The notes: generated from the letters alone by a model not told the origin. DNA of 64,000 nucleotides from Octopus vulgaris (GCA_951406725.2 OX597823.1:47306001-47370000); one strand, 5' to 3'; shown: positions 1-12,419, counted from the first letter of the stretch. Numbers and translations: made by a program.

Positions 1-9
1 TATGCATGC

Positions 10-240
10 GGCGGCGAGCTGGCAGAGACGTTAGCACGGCGGGCGAAATGCGTAGCCGTATTTCGTCTGCCGCTACGTTCTGAGTTCAAATTCCGCCGAG
101 GTCGACTTTGCCTTTCATCCTTTCGGGGTCGATAAATTAAGTACCAGCTACACACTGGGGTCGATGTAATCGAGTTAATCCCTTTGTCTGTCCTTGTTTG
201 TTCCCTCTATGTTTAGCTCCTTGTGGGTAGTAAAGAAATA
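10..240 (+). mobile_element. tRNA-derived SINE, family A (full-length, CpG-intact copy)
   Basis: A-box/B-box-like head GGCGGCGAGCTGGCAGA...GAGTTCAAATTCC, central GCCTTTCATCCTTTCGGGGTCGAT, tail ...GGGTAGTAAAGAAATA; many further copies in the window. Confidence 0.9.
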
Positions 241-342
241 TATATATATATATGCATGTATGCACACACACACACACACACATAAACAAGCACATATTTA
301 TATATATATATATCGATATTTCGTGATATATCATTTATTTTC

Positions 343-745
343 TATCTTTTACTTGCTTCAGTCATTAGACTGTGGCCATGCTGGGGCACCACCCTGAAGA
401 ACTTTTAGTTGAATGAATTGATCCCAGTACTTATACCTTTTTTAAAACCTTGTACTTATTGTATTGGTCTCTTTTTGCCAAACCACTAAGTTATGGGGAC
501 GTAAACATGCCAACATCATTTGTCAAGCACTGGTGGGGACAAACACAGACACACAGACATTCACACACACACCCACACGCACATCTGATGGGCCGTTTTA
601 GTTTCCATCTTCCAAATACACTCACAAAGCTTTGATCGACCCAAGGCTATAATAGAAGACACAGGCCCAAGTTGCTACAGAGCAAGACTGAACCTGAAAC
701 CATGTGGTTGAGAAGCAAGCTTCTTACCACACAGCCATACCTGCA
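343..745 (-). mobile_element. tRNA-derived CORE-type SINE, family B
   Basis: Reverse complement of GGCTGTGTGGTAAGAAGCTTGC...GGTTCAGTC...CTTGGG head, (CA)n linker and CCAGCATGGCCACAGTC tail shared with about 25 copies. Confidence 0.85.
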
Positions 746-770
746 TCTCTCTCTCTCTCTCTCTCTCTCG

Positions 771-811
<41 letters not shown>

Positions 812-827
812 ATATAAGTGCAGGCAT

Positions 828-1222
828 GCATCTCAAGCTGGCTTTGCAACTTTGCACTTTTGAGTTAGCCACAGGGTGACTAATGACATGGCAGTGAATT
901 TGGGTGATGGAAACTGTGTGGAATCCTGCCATATATATATGTGTGTGTGTGCATTTGTGTGTGTCTGTATTTGTGTAGCTTATTCGTGTGTTTTGGGGTT
1001 CATGTTTGTCCATCCCACCCACCCACTCACATGCACACACACACACACACACAAATATTGGTTTGTTTACATCCATATAACTTAGCAGTTGACAAACGTG
1101 AATCATAGATTAGAGTCAGACTTTAAAGATAAAGGTAAGTACCGAGTTGTCAGTTTGTTCGACTAAACACTTCAAGGCGGTGCTCCAGCATGGCCATAAT
1201 CTAAGTATTAGATAAAAGATAA
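828..1222 (+). mobile_element. SINE family B (degenerate head)
   Basis: GATGGAAACTG, TAACTTAGCAGTT and GGCGGTGCTCCAGCATGGCC motifs in order. Confidence 0.75.
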
Positions 1223-1248
1223 ATATCCATACACACACACACACACAC

Positions 1249-1329
<81 letters not shown>

Positions 1330-1631
1330 AATGTGTGTGTTTGTTTTCATTTGGAGTTATACTTAAGAACAATTTAACATTTGACTGAAGGATTATTAAA
1401 TAGAATTTTGCAGACTATTTATTTACATAAACGTGTATACATGTATTGGTGTATATAAATATACACACCAACATACGTATATGACCATACATATAGATTA
1501 TTACATGTCACTGGAATCAATATCTGCCAACCTGTCTTCGGGCATTTTTGTTTATAATATACATTCATGCTTCGCTTACAAGTGAGTTATATGTGTGTCT
1601 GTGTGTGTGTGTGTATATATATATATGTATG

Positions 1632-1665
<34 letters not shown>

Positions 1666-1867
1666 GTCACATGCACACTTGTATATAGGTTTGTATATAC
1701 CTCATGTACACACACACATATATATATGCACACACATGTATTTATATATATATTAATACATATATATATATATATATATATATCTACATTTGTGTGTGTG
1801 CATATATATATACTCATGTATATATACTTGTATATATACATATGCTTATATATATGTATATATGTTT

Positions 1868-2263
1868 TTTCTTTTACTTGTTTTAAACATATGACTGTGG
1901 CCATGCTGCAGCACCTCCTTAAAGGGATTTTTAGTTGAAAAAATTGATCCCTGGACTTATTCGTTATAAGCTTAGTACTTATTATATTGGGTCTTTTGCC
2001 AAACCACTAAGTTACAGGGATGTAAGCACACCAGCAGCAGGTGTCAAGTGATGGTGGGGAGGAAAATATAGACACAAAGACACACAAATATATACATATA
2101 TATATATATGTATATGATGGACGTCTTTCAGTTTCCACTTACAAGGCTTTGGTCAGCTTGAGGCTATAACAGAAGGCACTTGCCTAAGGTGCCATGCTGT
2201 GGGACTGAACCTGGAACCATGTGGTTGGGAAGCAAGCTTCTTACAACACAGCCACACCTGCGC
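1868..2263 (-). mobile_element. SINE family B
   Basis: Full head-linker-tail order on the minus strand. Confidence 0.85.
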
Positions 2264-2435
2264 ATATGCCATGTCTACTTCTATATATGTGTGTGTGTGT
2301 ATATAGATAGATAGATAGATATTTATGTATATATAGATCTATGAACATATATGTTTATGTATTTCTTTCTATATACCAATATATACACATTTTCATATAT
2401 ACAACACACATATATATATGTGTATATTTATATAT

Positions 2436-2469
<34 letters not shown>

Positions 2470-2529
2470 AAACACACACGCACACACACACATACACGCA
2501 CACACACAGGTAAGTGAATACCCAGTGCA

Positions 2530-2720
2530 TTTAGTGGGGGTTATGTGTGTAATATCAGAGGACCTCAACTTCACTTTGCGGACCATTTTGAGTGTGTAGG
2601 AAACCAACTCATCATCCCTTGTTCCAACTCTGATTCTCTACATGTGAGGGCATGGACATGTTGCATAACCCCAACACATGGTGTCAGAATATGGACCTTT
2701 GACAACGTGCACATGCCCTA
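2530..2720 (+). pseudogene. Decayed RTE-clade LINE ORF 3' fragment
   Basis: Translation IRGPQLHFADHFECVGNQLI resembles the RTE C-terminal IRxRRLxFAGHxxRxxxQxI motif. Confidence 0.5.
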
Positions 2721-2764
2721 TGCCCAGGGAGCATTAAGTAATGTCTAACTGTCATTAAGCATAT

Positions 2765-2900
2765 TTAAATATATATATGTGTATATGTACATGTCTGTAT
2801 ATATGTATGTACAGTTACACATACATACACAGTTATAAATGCATATATATGCATACGTAAATATTTATATATTTTAATGCTTATATCCACACTTAAAACG

Positions 2901-2931
<31 letters not shown>

Positions 2932-3410
2932 AGACATCTTTATACTGGTCTGTGTGTTTATGTATGCATACACATATAAGTGTATATATATGTCTATATG
3001 TTTTCATGCATATATATATATATAGATGTGTGTGTATATACATATATATACACACATATATATATACATATATATAGATGTATAGATGTGTATATATACA
3101 TATATATATATAGATATATACATACATATATACACACACATGTATAGACACATATATATAGATAGATATATACATATATTTAGATAGATATATGTGATGC
3201 TAATGTATATATCTATGAATGTGTATATAATTGTATGTACATATACATATGTGTATGTATCGATGTATGTATTTGTGTGTGTGCTTCTATATGTATGTAT
3301 ATATATATTTACACATACACACACACACACACGTAGAAATACACAAATATACATGCATACATATTTGTAACCATTACTGGCTATTTCTACATGTGTGTCT
3401 GTGTGTGTGT
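2765..3410. repeat. Compound (TA)n/(CA)n/(TG)n microsatellite field; similar fields at about 1590-1865, 4005-4350, 8780-9050, 15510-16140, 20090-21160, 26620-27590, 32280-32750 and 38760-39135
   Basis: Directly visible dinucleotide low-complexity sequence. Confidence 0.95.
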
Positions 3411-3621
3411 GTTTGTTTACATTTTGTGGTTCAGACATATTCTGTACAAGCACAAAAGCAGAAAACAGAATCGTTTTTCCTGATATTATCAATAAATTTC
3501 CTCCCGTCTTTGCACCTTCAAAGATGTCTCAGCAAAAAAAAAAAAATAAATAAATAATATAAAAAAAAGGATCCCTTAGCAAATGAGGCTTGGTGACTGA
3601 GTGGGCATGAGTGTGCATTAT

Positions 3622-3657
<36 letters not shown>

Positions 3658-4354
3658 GTATAATACTATACAACCTATATGTAAGTATGAGTACATTTCT
3701 ACACATGCACACGCGTACAGAATTATGGGAGAGATGCCAAAACAAATGGATGCTTTTTTTTACAAACACAAACACACACACACACATAGACATACCTATA
3801 TATGTATATATTTGTGTGTGTGCTGTGTCACACAAGTTTTATGCATGTACAAAGAATACAAATGTAGCACACAACAGGTATCTTAGACTCCTTGTATCTT
3901 TTGTCTTCAGAGAATTTTAGTAACCACCATCCTTATTCTTTTGATTTATATATATATCATTGTCATCATCATCATCAAGCATCTGGTGTCCATGCTGGCT
4001 TAGTTTTGTGTATATATATATATATATGTGTGTGTATATATAGATATAGATATATATGTGTGTATATATAGATATAGATATATACGTGTGTATATGTATG
4101 TATATTTTTATGTGTATATCCATATGCATATATATATGTATATATATATGAATATATATATATATATATGTACATGTATATATATATATATATATACATA
4201 CATACATGTATATATGCATATAAATGTGCACACATATATGTATGCATATAAATATATGTGTGTGTGTGTATATATATATATGATTGTTCATATGCATGTA
4301 TATTTATATTTCAGTCTCTACACACGCAATGACACACATACACACACATGTATG

Positions 4355-4690
4355 CAGGCATGGCTGTTTGGTAAAGAAGCATGCTTCACAGCCACATGGT
4401 TCAGGGTTCAGGTCTATCTCTTGGCACTTTAAGCCCCAGTCCTATATAAATATATCTATATGTGTGTGTGTGTGTGCTTGTGAGTGTGAGTTGGTGACAC
4501 CCTATCTTGACATTGTTTGACGGTTGTGGACAAAGGTCATTCTCACACAGCATGTCTAGCCATGGGGAAATTTTACCTTACTTGGTAACAGCTGAATCTT
4601 GGCGACAAGAATGGCATTAGAGCCTTAGAACATCGACTTTGACTAATTCCATCTGACTCATATAAGCAAGATAATATGGATGTGAAAAAA
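4355..4690 (+). mobile_element. SINE family B head with alternative RTE-like tail
   Basis: B head, then TTACCTTACTTGGTAACAG...TCCATCTGACTCAT tail, as at 44730-45147. Confidence 0.7.
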
Positions 4691-5027
4691 AATTGGTGTG
4701 TGTGTGCGTGTGTGTACTAGTTTGATAGTATTGCTGTGTGAGTGCAAAGTTCTTTTCCCAATCATATGGTTTCTGGTTCAGTCCCACTGTATGGATGTTG
4801 AGACTTATTTCTCCTACGGGACCCACAGTCTGACCAAAGGATTGTGAGAGAATCTTGTAGGTACAAGCTGAAAGTAGCCCCTACTAGTGTGTGTGTGTTT
4901 GCACGTATTTATATATATATATATATATACATACATATGTACACATATACTGATACATCTTTACATATATATATACGCACTTATATATATATTTATACAT
5001 CTACACATATATATACATATATATATC

Positions 5028-5727
5028 TTTTATCTTGTACTTGTTTTAATCCTTAGGCTGTGGTCATGCTGGGGCATAGCATTGAAGAATTTTAGCTAAA
5101 TGCAACAACCCCAGTTGTACTTTTTTTTAAAGTCTAGTATTTATTCTGCTGGTTACTTTTGCTGAATTGCTAAGTAATGGGGATGTGTAGAAACACCTGT
5201 TGTCAAGCAGTGGTGGGTGACAAACACAGACACAGGCACACAGGGTAGGTTCCTAGCATTTTCAAATTTATAAATTATCGAATTATTGTGCTGAGGATGG
5301 GAATGAATTTGTATAATTCTAACCCAGAAACGCGTCCACAATTAATCGAAGACTGTTTTGCCTATGTGAGTTACAAATATTGTTATCTGTAGAGTAATAT
5401 CTGTAGTAAAAAGGAATAAGCTGTCTTTGGCTGTTATTTCTAAATTTTCGGTTTGTGGTGAAGCAACTTGTTGCTTAACCCTTAATCATATATATATATA
5501 CACATACACACACAGACATATATATATACACATACACACACAGACATATACACACACACACATATATACTCAGACAAACACTGGATCTCTTCAGTTGTCT
5601 GCCAAATCCACTCACAAGACTTTGGTCGACCTGAAGCTATAGTAGAAGACACATGCCCAAAGTGCCACACAGTGGGGCTGAACCCAGGACGACATAGTCA
5701 GGAAGTAAACTGCTTACCACACAACCA
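5028..5727 (-). mobile_element. SINE family B interrupted in its (CA)n linker by a ~245 bp hammerhead-bearing insert
   Basis: Tail 5028-5240 and head 5580-5727 are colinear with other B copies; the intervening non-SINE sequence is 5243-5487. Confidence 0.85.
5278..5349 (+). ncRNA. Type-I hammerhead ribozyme (minimal, Penelope-like-element type)
   Basis: Stem I 5278-5290 pairs with 5337-5349 (11/13; core-proximal ATTGTG/CACAAT perfect); CUGAGGA 5291-5297; stem II TGGG/CCCA with GAATT/AATTC extension; GAAA 5327-5330; palindromic ACGCGT stem III; GUC triplet 5334-5336. Confidence 0.85.
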
Positions 5728-6354
5728 CAGAGAAAGTGAGACAGACAGAGAGACACAGACAGAAAAGGAGAGAGTGGTATATACATATATAAATATGTAT
5801 TTGTGTGTTCGTATGTATGCATGTACACATATATACCCATATAATGTATATGTTTGTATGTCTCTGTTTGTCTGTATTTGGGCTTTAGAAATATTACTAA
5901 CTGGAAGCAGTGTTGTTGTTGTTTATCCTGTCAACAAATTGTTTACTTACTGTATCCAAGCAAAGATGTGTGAAAACTGAGATCCTTTGTAATTCAGTTG
6001 AGGTTTACAGGAAGGGCATTAACATACCTCATGAATATGTACATATAACCCCTGGTTGTATAGGGAAAAGGACATAAGAAGAACCAAATACATATTTACA
6101 CATGTATGTATCATCATTTATAATTTAATGTCCATTTTCAATGTTGAAAAGAAACAAATGGGTATATATTTACACACACGTATGTGTTTTGTGTGTTTTG
6201 TGTAGTGTTTTGCCAGAAAATCATTGTGAAGGCAAGAGAACAAAATTTGTATGCAATAAGTATGGTAGTTCTATGAGCTATTTCTTGTCTCCTGAAGAAT
6301 TCGCTATTACTCTGAGCCTTTCATTTAAATGTGTGTGTGTATATATATATATAC

Positions 6355-6458
6355 AGATCTGACTGGGCCTGATGAAGCCTTCCGGCTTCACAGACCCCAG
6401 TTGAACCGTCCAACCCATGCTAGCATGGAAAACGGACGCTAAATGATGATGATGATGA
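6355..6458 (+). mobile_element. 3' tail of SINE family C (RTE-type end)
   Basis: GTCCAACCCATGCTAGCATGGAAAACGGACGCTAAA(TGA)n, matches 58900-58970. Confidence 0.8.
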
Positions 6459-6460
6459 TA

Positions 6461-6492
<32 letters not shown>

Positions 6493-6991
6493 CGTATACC
6501 TATATCTACATATCTGAATGCTTGAGTGTTTGCGTATGTATGTGTGTGTGTGTAAATATATATATAAATATATGCATGTGATAGAAATTGACTTCAAAAT
6601 GCATGGTGGTGTTCAGTATTGACAAGACTGTTATTACTTGGATAATGTAACAGAAAGAGGACAGTGAAAATATTTCACAATGTTGAGTATTCGGCTTTCC
6701 AATTTAGCTGCTTGTGAGGCTTAAGATGAAAGGAGGATAAAAGCAAAAGGCATGTCAGCAGAGTATTATATCCACATATTTGAGCAATTGGTTGCAGCTG
6801 ATGGGGAACACATCAGAAAATGTGCGCTTGCATTTGTAGAATGGCATTAGTAATAGATAGAAACGATGTGAAGTGGGAGAAGGAAAGAGAAATAGAAAGA
6901 TGTGCATAAGGGTGAGATGGAAAGCTGAAGGATAAGGGGTATTCCTGAACTAAAAGTGAGTGAAGGAGTACGTGGAAATATGTTTATTTAA

Positions 6992-7122
6992 CCTTTAACA
7001 CATTGCATTTTCTCTAGAATTGTTTCACCCCTGCCCTGGGAGAAATCTTATATGGTGACATGATGCACCTACAAGGGAGAAATCTTATATGGTGACATGA
7101 TGCACTTACAGTGTGCTAAAGG
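6992..7122. mobile_element. piggyBac-like MITE with internal 37 bp tandem duplication
   Basis: TTAA on both sides; TIRs CCTTTAACACA/TGTGCTAAAGG; duplicated unit 7038-7074 and 7075-7110. Confidence 0.7.
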
Positions 7123-7555
7123 TTAAACTTGTGTGAAGTGGATGGTTTGACAGGATTCAACAGGTTTGAAGACTGTATCATGTCCTTATATCTTCTTTGG
7201 CATGGTTTCTGCAGCTGGATCTCCTTCCTAATGCCATCCACTTCACACCATATAGTGAGTATTTTTTTCTTGTGGTACGCGCTGGTGAGGTTACCATTCA
7301 GCTTGCAATATTACCATAGCGCCTTTGACAGAAGAGAGGGAGGTGGCTTTATACAGTGGGAAGCGGAGCTGAAGAGAGAGAGAGAGAGCAGTGGCCAGAA
7401 CAGAACAGGTTTTTCGCTGTAGGGGAGCTACACAGCTAATCACATTACAGAAGAGAAAGTTGGAGTGGTCAGAGGGAACTGGAGAGAGAGAGAAAGAAAA
7501 ATAGAGGTGATGAGGTATCAGGGCAAACATACATACATATACATGCATACATACA

Positions 7556-7810
7556 TGTATTTGGTTGATGAGAGAGACGGAAGATAGAACGTACGAGAAT
7601 TTTTATTAATCTCTACAATTATTTCACCCCATCTAGCACTGATCCCTCATGGGTAGGATACTTACCATATGTACACCGATGGATGCTACTAAACCAGTTG
7701 TTAAGTATCCCACCCATGAGGGATCGATGCTAGACGGGGCACAACAATTGTTGCGATTAATATAAATTCTCATATCTTCCATCTTCTGTCTCTCTCATCA
7801 ACCAAATATA
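7556..7810. repeat. ~255 bp fold-back (long imperfect inverted repeat), probably Penelope-derived
   Basis: Arms 7556-7667 and 7699-7810 are reverse complements (TATTTGGTTGATGAGAGAGAC / GTCTCTCTCATCAACCAAATA; GATCCCTCATGGGT / ACCCATGAGGGATC). Confidence 0.9.
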
Positions 7811-7876
7811 CAATGAACACTGTGAAAGTGAATGTGCTTTACCAGTAATCTACCATGTATACACTGTGTTTTATTA

Positions 7877-7908
<32 letters not shown>

Positions 7909-7909
7909 C

Positions 7910-8320
7910 TGCAGTTGTGGCTGTCTGGTAAGAAGTTTGCTTCCCAATCATGTGATTTTGGTTTCAGTCCCACTGCGCAGCACTTTGAGCAAATGTATTT
8001 TACTGTTGCTTCAGGCCAACCAAAGCTTAGTGAGTGGATTTGTTAGATGAAACTGAAACAAACCTGTAATGTATATGTGTGTGTGTGTGTGTGTTTTTAT
8101 GTCTGTCTTTGTCTTACACCACTGCTTGGCAACCAGTGTTGGTGCATTTAAAACCCCTGTAACTTAGCAAATCAGCAAAAGAAACCAATAGAACAAGTAC
8201 CAAATTACTAAGTAAAAAGAAAAAAAAAGTACTGAGTTAATTCATTTGACAAAATTCTTCAAGGCAGCATTCCAGCATGGCTGCAGTCTAGTGATTGAAA
8301 GAAGTATAAGATAAAAGATG
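7910..8320 (+). mobile_element. SINE family B
   Basis: Head, TG linker and tail motifs. Confidence 0.85.
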
Positions 8321-8857
8321 AAAAACATGCATATACCTTCATCGTTTTACATCTGTTTTACAGCTTTGAGCTGTAAAACAGATGTAATGTTTTTTTTTAA
8401 TGGTAAACACTAGTCCTGTAGACTGAGTTTGCTCTCTCAAGTGGATGTCCTTATTATTGACTACTTTACATACTTACACGGTGCTTTTTCTTGTGGTACT
8501 TATCTTCAGAGATATTGGATAGTACTTCGGGTGGTACAGAATAAGATGGTCCTTATGCTTGTATACTTTGTCTGTACGTTTGCGAACCACTTTGCAGTTT
8601 GAACCAGGTGTATATTTTTTTGATACCAGCACTAGAGATGTGTTCTCACAGACCCACATGTAGAGTGAGCAGGGAGAATTTGTGGTAGTCTGTCATAGAA
8701 TGAGAATGGTAAGTAGAGGATGGCTTCTACTAAGAAACTCTCAGTGTAAAGAGTTCTCAGTAAGCCAAGAGGTTTTGTACACACACATACATACGTACAT
8801 ACATGTATATACATATATCTCTATATAGATATATACCTTTATATATACACATATGTA

Positions 8858-8917
<60 letters not shown>

Positions 8918-9501
8918 TGTGCATATACACACATATATATATATACATACATATATATATGCATATGTCTAATATATATATATACATGAATATATATACC
9001 CACATATCTAAATATACACATGTACGTGTATATGTATATGTGTGTGTACATGTAATGAATGGCCAGTAGCATGTGTTTAAACAACAGATAAATACAGGTA
9101 TATCAAATACTATACAACACAGAGTCTTGATTTATTAAAATGATCTCTGCTTTGAGAGGGCATGTCATAATTTTCAAATGGCAATGTAGACCAATTCATC
9201 TTGAGAAGGGAAGACAATCCAAAGGATCAAAAAATCTTCCAAAGTTTGCATGGCATTGAGAAAAGGTCAGGCTTATTGTAAGTAGATAAGAAGACATTGG
9301 AGGGGGGAGGCATTTGTTTCAGGCTCAGTAGCCGTCGTCAGCACAGCAGTTGTCCAACCTTATCTCCATGTTGCTTAGGGACTTTGACTTATACAACAAT
9401 ACAAAACAAGCAGAACACATTAATTAATGGCCAAGGTAATATAAGTAATTTAAATAAAAACAAGCTAAGAGAAATAACTCAGAAGTGGCCAGTGGCACAC
9501 A

Positions 9502-9560
<59 letters not shown>

Positions 9561-9942
9561 ACATCAATTTTCTTCTTGTCTTGCATCCTTCTTTATCTTT
9601 TGCTTTTGATTTTGCTTTCGAAATTTTGAAGGAAGAACATATTCATACTTTTTCAGTGATTCTCTCTAGCACTTAAAAGCTGACCATTAAAAAGCTGCCT
9701 TAGATTTTTGATCATTTTGCATGTAAACCACATGGTCACAGTAGCTAAGAGGACCACTCGTTAGTAATAGCAACGTACCACTGGTTTTACAAAGCAGAAC
9801 TTCTGTATACGGTATTATGTTCTGCAAAAATGAAAGCTGCCATATTGTTTTAATATAAAATCCATAATTCTGCACCATACAATAGTGTAGTCAAAAAACT
9901 GCTATGCATGCTAGAGTGCTTGAATATATAGTGAGATGTATT

Positions 9943-10142
9943 AGGTGCAGGCATGTCTGTGTGGTAAGAAGCTTGCATCCCAGCTACATGGTTCTAGGTT
10001 CAGTCCCACTGCGTGGAACCTTGGGCAAGTGCCTTCTACTATAGCTTCAGGCCGACCAAAGCCTTGTGAGTTGATATGGTAGACGGAAACCGAAAGAAGC
10101 CTGTCGTATACATACATACATATATCACACCTGCGTTTAACT

Positions 10143-10184
<42 letters not shown>

Positions 10185-10510
10185 TCACACAAATCAAACG
10201 TGTAGAAACGACGTACTCCGAAGGAATTTAAAAGTCACGTAACCCAAGTGTAGAATGAGAAAATCCATAAATCAGGTACTCCAAATCTGTCGGAATGACA
10301 TATACGGTATGTGTGCGTGCACGCGCGTTTGCGTTTGTCCCCCATCACCGATTAACAACCGTAAATTAGCGGTTCAACAAAAGAAATCGATAGAATAAGT
10401 ACCAGACTTGGGGAAAAAAAAAGTATTACGGTCGATTCATTCGACTGAAAATTCTTCAGGTCGGTGCACCAGCATGGCCGCAGTAACAAGTAAGAAGTAA
10501 AAGACAAAAA
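9943..10510 (+). mobile_element. SINE family B with extra insert in its linker
   Basis: CpG-intact head 9943-10108, tail 10330-10510, unrelated sequence about 10190-10305. Confidence 0.85.
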
Positions 10511-10529
10511 ATAAATGTCTGAATCACTC

Positions 10530-10810
10530 CAAAGTGAATTTGTCAGGAACTTGCTTTTCCATATCTGTAGAAGACATCAAGATCTATTGTTTGCTGAACG
10601 CGATGCTACCTAAATAGGACAAATTCTCCATCTCTTGTAGCACATTCCCATCAATAGCGATTTGGAGGATAACTCAGGAAGCGTATTAGTCCATATCAAG
10701 GATTAGTACCTTAGTCCAGTTTCTCTATATTATTTGGAAGCCCAAAGTTCATTGTAGCAGCCAAGAAGCAACTTGTAGTTCTTTGAATACCGTTCAAACT
10801 ATGCATGTGG
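10530..10810 (-). pseudogene. RTE-clade LINE reverse transcriptase fragment
   Basis: Minus-strand frames give HSLNGIQRTTSCFLAATMNFGLPNNIEK, TKVL, IAIDGNVLQEMENLSYLGS and RYGKASS, which match RTE RT C-terminal motifs; frameshifted. Confidence 0.8.
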
Positions 10811-10924
10811 AGATTCACAAAGACACACACATATACACACATGGATATATACATATATATAGATATATAAACACATGTACATACATAAGTATATACATAT
10901 ATATATATGCACATTTGTATGTTA

Positions 10925-11608
10925 AACTCTTCAACCATTAGACTATACCCATGCTGGGGCACCGCCTTGAATTTTTAGTCAAATGACTCGACCCCAATAC
11001 TTCATTTTTTCGTTAAATCTGGTATTCATTATATTAATCCATTTTGCTAAGTTTCGGGGACGTGATCACACCAACACAAATTGTCAAGCAGTAGTGGAGG
11101 GGACAAGCACAGGCATAAAGACACACACACATATATATATATATATATATGGAGGACCAGTGGTTAGGGTTGTGGACTCGCGGTTTCGATTCCCAGATCG
11201 GGCGTTGTGTGAGTTTATTGAGCGAAAACGCCCAAAGTTCCACGAGGCTCCGGCAGGGGGTGGGGGTGGGGTGACCCCCCTGTTGTACCCTTTCGCCCCA
11301 ACTTTCTCTCACTCTTTCTTCCTGTTTCTTGAGTAACGCTGCGATGGACTGGCGTCCCATCCAGCTGGTGGGGAACACATGCGCCATAGAAACCGAGAAA
11401 CCGGGCCCATGAGCTTGGCTAGGCTTGAAAAGGGCGCATAAATAAATAAATAAATAAATATACACACACACAAACATACAACGGACTTCTTTCAGTTCCC
11501 GTGTATCAAATCCACTCACAAGGCTTTCGCTGGTCGGGCTATAGGAGAAAACCGAATCCAGAACCATGTGCTTGGGAAGCAAACTCATCACACAGCCACG
11601 TCTGCGCC
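10925..11608 (-). mobile_element. SINE family B hosting a nested SINE
   Basis: Tail 10925-11130 and head 11480-11608 flank the insert. Confidence 0.8.
11151..11460 (+). mobile_element. tRNA-derived SINE, family E, with V/Nin-like central motif
   Basis: CAGTGGTTAGG and GGTTTCGATTCCC pol III boxes, CTGCGATGGACTGGCGTCCCATCCAG motif, (TAAA)n tail; inserted in (TA)n. Confidence 0.8.
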
Positions 11609-12080
11609 TCTATATAGTCCATAAACGTTTACATTTGTGTATACATTCAAATATGTATATAATGTATACACCACTATAGCTATGCATACACACACGCGCG
11701 AGTCCTTTATTGTAAGAAAGCATTACTTAGTGTCACTGTGTACCATCTTTTCCCTAATGGTTTTAGATGTCCATGTGGTCAGAAGACAACACTGACAACC
11801 TTTCGACCTTCTCATCTTTGAACCGACGAGACATCAACGAGGTGACAGTAGAGAGCTGCACCAGTGCTTGCCTGTTACCCTTTTTTTTTTTTACTTCAAA
11901 AGAATAAACAGAAAAAAGTTGACCGAAGCAGGAACTTGAACTTCTGTATATTCAGGCTTCACAGTTATCGCAACACGTTTTACGATGTGCTAATGGCTTT
12001 GCTAATATATATGTGTGTGTGTGTGTGTGTGTGTATATAATATACACATTCTTGTATGTATTTATATATATGTATAAAGA

Positions 12081-12272
12081 AGGCGGCGAGCTGGCAGAAA
12101 CGTTAGCACGCCGGGCGAAATGCGTCGCCGTATTTCGTCTGCCGTTACGTTCTGAGTTCAAATTCCGCCGAGGTTGACTTTGCCTTTTATCCTTTCGGGG
12201 TCGATGTAATCGACTTAATCCGTTTGTCTGTTCTTGTTTGTCCCTTCTATGTTTAGCCCCTTGTGGGTAATA
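12081..12272 (+). mobile_element. SINE family A (internal deletion between the two GGGGTCGAT repeats)
   Basis: Near-identical to 10-240 apart from the missing segment. Confidence 0.9.
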
Positions 12273-12330
12273 AACACACACACACACATATATATATATA
12301 TAAAGATGTGTATGTTTGTATGTATGTGTG

Positions 12331-12377
<47 letters not shown>

Positions 12378-12419
12378 CATTGTATATATATGAGTGTGTG
12401 TGTATGTGTATTTGTATTT

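Noticed and set aside
10-100. tRNA genes suggested by A/B boxes
   Set aside because: They are SINE heads without a complete cloverleaf
6375-6400. CTGATGA followed by the hairpin AAGCC-TTCC-GGCTT
   Set aside because: No GAAA follows; it aligns to the SINE C tail
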